DNA of 50,400 bases from Kofleriaceae bacterium. GTDB lineage: Bacteria > Myxococcota_A > Polyangia > Haliangiales > Haliangiaceae. Shown piece by piece: positions 48,136-50,400 of this stretch. The notes beneath the pieces were generated by a model. That model was not told where the DNA came from, ran no database searches, and saw nothing but the letters and a program-made list of their open reading frames with translations. Position numbers and translations under genes: made by a program. The stretch covers positions 1-50,400 of the forward strand of contig CBDCCZ010000033.1 in assembly GCA_965215005.1 (NCBI GenBank), written 5' to 3'. The first letter of the stretch is position 1, and every line of letters begins with the position of its first letter.

Positions 48136-48347
48136 CGCGGGGATTTTCGGTCCGCGCACTCTTCCTCCGATTCGGAGGAAGGGCGGCGTTGGCGGCATCC
48201 AAAATCGCCAGCGCCAGCAAAGCAATCTTCCAGAACGGCAGAGCCAATAGCCGAAAATCTGGCTTCAAGGCAGCTTACAGCGGATTGTCAGCCGATATCA
48301 GAACGGTGCGCGATCAGCGCGGCGAAAGCGTCGTGTAGCTAGACTTC

Positions 48348-48900
48348 ATGACGCTTTGCAAGACGATCTCATTGGTGCTTCTGTCGCTCGCGCTCCTCGG
48401 TTGCTCGAGCGACGACGACGATACCGTCGGTGGTGATGACGCTAGTGATGCCGACGTCGGGCCGGGGTTTGGAACGATGGAGGATCTCATCACGGCCGAT
48501 ATGCTGTGGGACGAGATGCGCAACTACACCACGTGGCCATCCCCGGATGCCCTGCAGGGGTTTCAGGCCAGCGCGGCACCGCACGGGGCGTTCGTTCGCT
48601 ACTACGTGAACGAGGTGGCGGCCGGCAGCTACGCGGCTCCGGCGGATGGCTCGATCATCATCAAAGAGAACTACATGAGCGAGTCCGACGACGCGCTGGC
48701 GGCGATCACCGTCATGTACAAGATGAACGGCTACGCCCCCGAGTACGGCAACTGGTTCTGGGTGAAGTACTCACCGGACGGCACCATTGATGCCAATGAA
48801 GAGGGCGTTTCCCCTGGCGGGTCGCGTCGGCGCAGGCGGTACGGCTGGCTGCGTGCCCTGTCACTCGGGTGCCGGGGATGACTTCGTGTTCCGCAATTGA
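48348..48900 (+). pseudogene. Cytochrome P460-family lipoprotein with +1 frameshift at about 48811-48814 (probably a sequencing error)
   Basis: Lipobox LLGC; PHG.FVRYYVN, DGSIIIKENY, ITVMYK..GY.PE.GNWFW.KY.PDG. Deleting one C gives ...GCVPCHSGAGDDFVFRN* with a C-terminal CxxCH. Confidence 0.8.
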
Positions 48901-48949
48901 GTCGAGTGACTCGCGCGGCACGGCAGTCGCGCGGGCGACGGGAACCGGC

Positions 48950-49402
48950 TCAGCTCGGCGCGCCCGCTGACTCGCCTTCGGCAGCGCCATCTTGTTTGTA
49001 GAAGGCGTCGTAGAGCTCGTCGTCGTATTGGTCCGCGAACCGTCCGACGCTGCCAATCATGACGGCGAGCTCGTTGGCATCCAGGCCCCGGGTGCCACGT
49101 CCGGCGTGCAGCACTACCCAGCCGTCGGCTTGAATAGCAAAGGATGCGATGCCTCCCATCGTCCCGCCGAGCTCCAAGAGGCGACGACAAAACGCCTCCT
49201 CTTTCCCTTCCGGCAGCCGTGGGAAAAGCGGCGCGATCACGACGATGGCGGCGCCGGCGATGCCGACGATGACCATCGCCGAGCCCCAGCGCAATCGGAC
49301 CATCGAGTCACTGATGCGCTCGGTCTTGCCATCGAGCTCGCACTCGGCGAGGAGCTTGGACAGGTCGATGGGCGGGTGCGGCGTGGCAGCGCTATCCGGC
49401 AT
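48950..49402 (-). CDS. YbjN/CesT-like chaperone-fold protein
   Basis: L.WGSA.V.V, F.RRLLEL, FAI..DG.V.L, LD.NEL...I..V...AD.YDDEL. Start ATG 49402. Confidence 0.72.
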   Translation of the reverse strand: MPDSAATPHPPIDLSKLLAECELDGKTERISDSMVRLRWGSAMVIVGIAGAAIVVIAPLFPRLPEGKEEAFCRRLLELGGTMGGIASFAIQADGWVVLHAGRGTRGLDANELAVMIGSVGRFADQYDDELYDAFYKQDGAAEGESAGAPS

Positions 49403-49487
49403 GGCGCGAGTATACCTGCGCGCGGGGCGCATCGAGCAACGCGCGAGCGCGGCTACTCGACGATGAGCGACTCTCGCCGAGCGCGGG

Positions 49488-50400
49488 CTACTCGACGATG
49501 ATGCCGCCGCAGCCGAAGTCGATGGTGAGCTGCTCAACCTCGCCCGCCTCGAGCCGCCGGCAGGTCTCGCCGCTGAAGACGATGGTCATGTTGGGCTCGT
49601 CGTAGGTCCAGTCAGCTGGATCCACCGTCGTGCCATCGACCAGCACCTCGAGCTCACTGAGGTCGCCGGGTCGGCCATCGAGCTGGTGGCGGCACTCGAG
49701 CCGGCGAAGCTGCCCGGAGATGGAGTCGAAGGCCTGCTGCAGCCCCGCCGTGGAGGTTGCCTCGTAGACCTCATTGGTGCCGCCGGCAACAGCGACCCGC
49801 TCCAGCACGTCTTTATTGACGGCGCCGGACCCGAACCCGAGCACAAACGTGCGGATGCCCGCTGCCTGCAGCTTCTCAACCTCTTCCACCGTGTCATCGT
49901 CGTCCGAGCACCTGGGAATGCCGTCGGTGGCGACCAAGACGTAGCGGCCGTCGGGGTTCACCGACTGCTGCCGCTCGTAATGCTCGCGCGCCTCGCGGAG
50001 CGATTGGTGCAGCGGCGTGTTGCCGTTGGGCCCGGTGTTGGCGAGGCGGTCAACGATGCCTGCTGCGGTGTCGTCGCCGGTATCGACCAGGACCTGGCCG
50101 CGGTCGCAGTCGCCGGTCCAGGGGAACAGCATCAGGCCCCAGCGCGCTTCGCCGGCGCGGTCGGTCACCAGGTTCTTGATCGCCTCACTCATGATCGTCC
50201 ACTTTGTGCCGTTGGTGTTTTGGTCCAGCGCAGAGCCCATCGAGCCCGACTTGTCGACCACCAGCAGCACGTCCGGTCGCCGCGACACGGTCTCGGCGAC
50301 CTTGGTCTCGGCGCAGACCTGGGCGTCTGCCGGCGGCTGGTTCTCGCCATCGCCCGTGCCCGTGCCCGTGCCACCGTCAGCGGCTCCGAGGCCGCCTGCG
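49488..50400 (-). CDS. von Willebrand factor A domain exported protein (5' truncated)
   Basis: MIDAS DKSGS, TPL, VLVATDG.P, TFVLGFG, Cys-containing C-terminal domain. The frame stays open upstream of 50288 to the window edge (Gly/Thr linker). Confidence 0.88.
   Translation of the reverse strand, partial: AGGLGAADGGTGTGTGDGENQPPADAQVCAETKVAETVSRRPDVLLVVDKSGSMGSALDQNTNGTKWTIMSEAIKNLVTDRAGEARWGLMLFPWTGDCDRGQVLVDTGDDTAAGIVDRLANTGPNGNTPLHQSLREAREHYERQQSVNPDGRYVLVATDGIPRCSDDDDTVEEVEKLQAAGIRTFVLGFGSGAVNKDVLERVAVAGGTNEVYEATSTAGLQQAFDSISGQLRRLECRHQLDGRPGDLSELEVLVDGTTVDPADWTYDEPNMTIVFSGETCRRLEAGEVEQLTIDFGCGGIIVE

Noticed and set aside
48916..48931. sigma54-like CGGCACGGCAGTCGCG
   Set aside because: Lies between convergent gene ends with no downstream + strand gene; likely chance.

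Overview
High-GC chromosomal window with no mobile element, CRISPR array, rRNA or tRNA that I can support. Three Hanks-type Ser/Thr kinases, FHA-GGDEF, PilZ-REC-DUF4388, PEGA/TPR proteins, Cys-rich and vWA lipoprotein-type proteins and a mevalonate-pathway enzyme point to a myxobacterium (Myxococcota; inference). Recognisable genes: a coupled polyprenyl synthase-HMG-CoA reductase-ubiE/menG-menF-like operon, a CAF16-like ABC ATPase, an N-terminally extended PilT, mutS2, a Ski2-like helicase, glpD, aspS, cysC-cysH, mtnP and a PfkB kinase. Most interesting observations: (1) a candidate novel phospholipid head-group locus (metallophosphoesterase, class III aminotransferase, two CDP-alcohol phosphotransferases, small membrane protein, convergent NAPE-PLD-like hydrolase); (2) three lipoprotein genes with sigma54 -24/-12 motifs 14-15 nt from the start codon; (3) about ten genes with a TAnnnT -10 box 6-8 nt before the start codon, implying pervasive leaderless mRNA; (4) a 4 x 36 bp palindromic REP-like tandem array; (5) a lipid-anchored cytochrome P460-like gene whose CxxCH motif is hidden by a homopolymer frameshift. 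Family assignments come from motif recognition by eye, not database searches.
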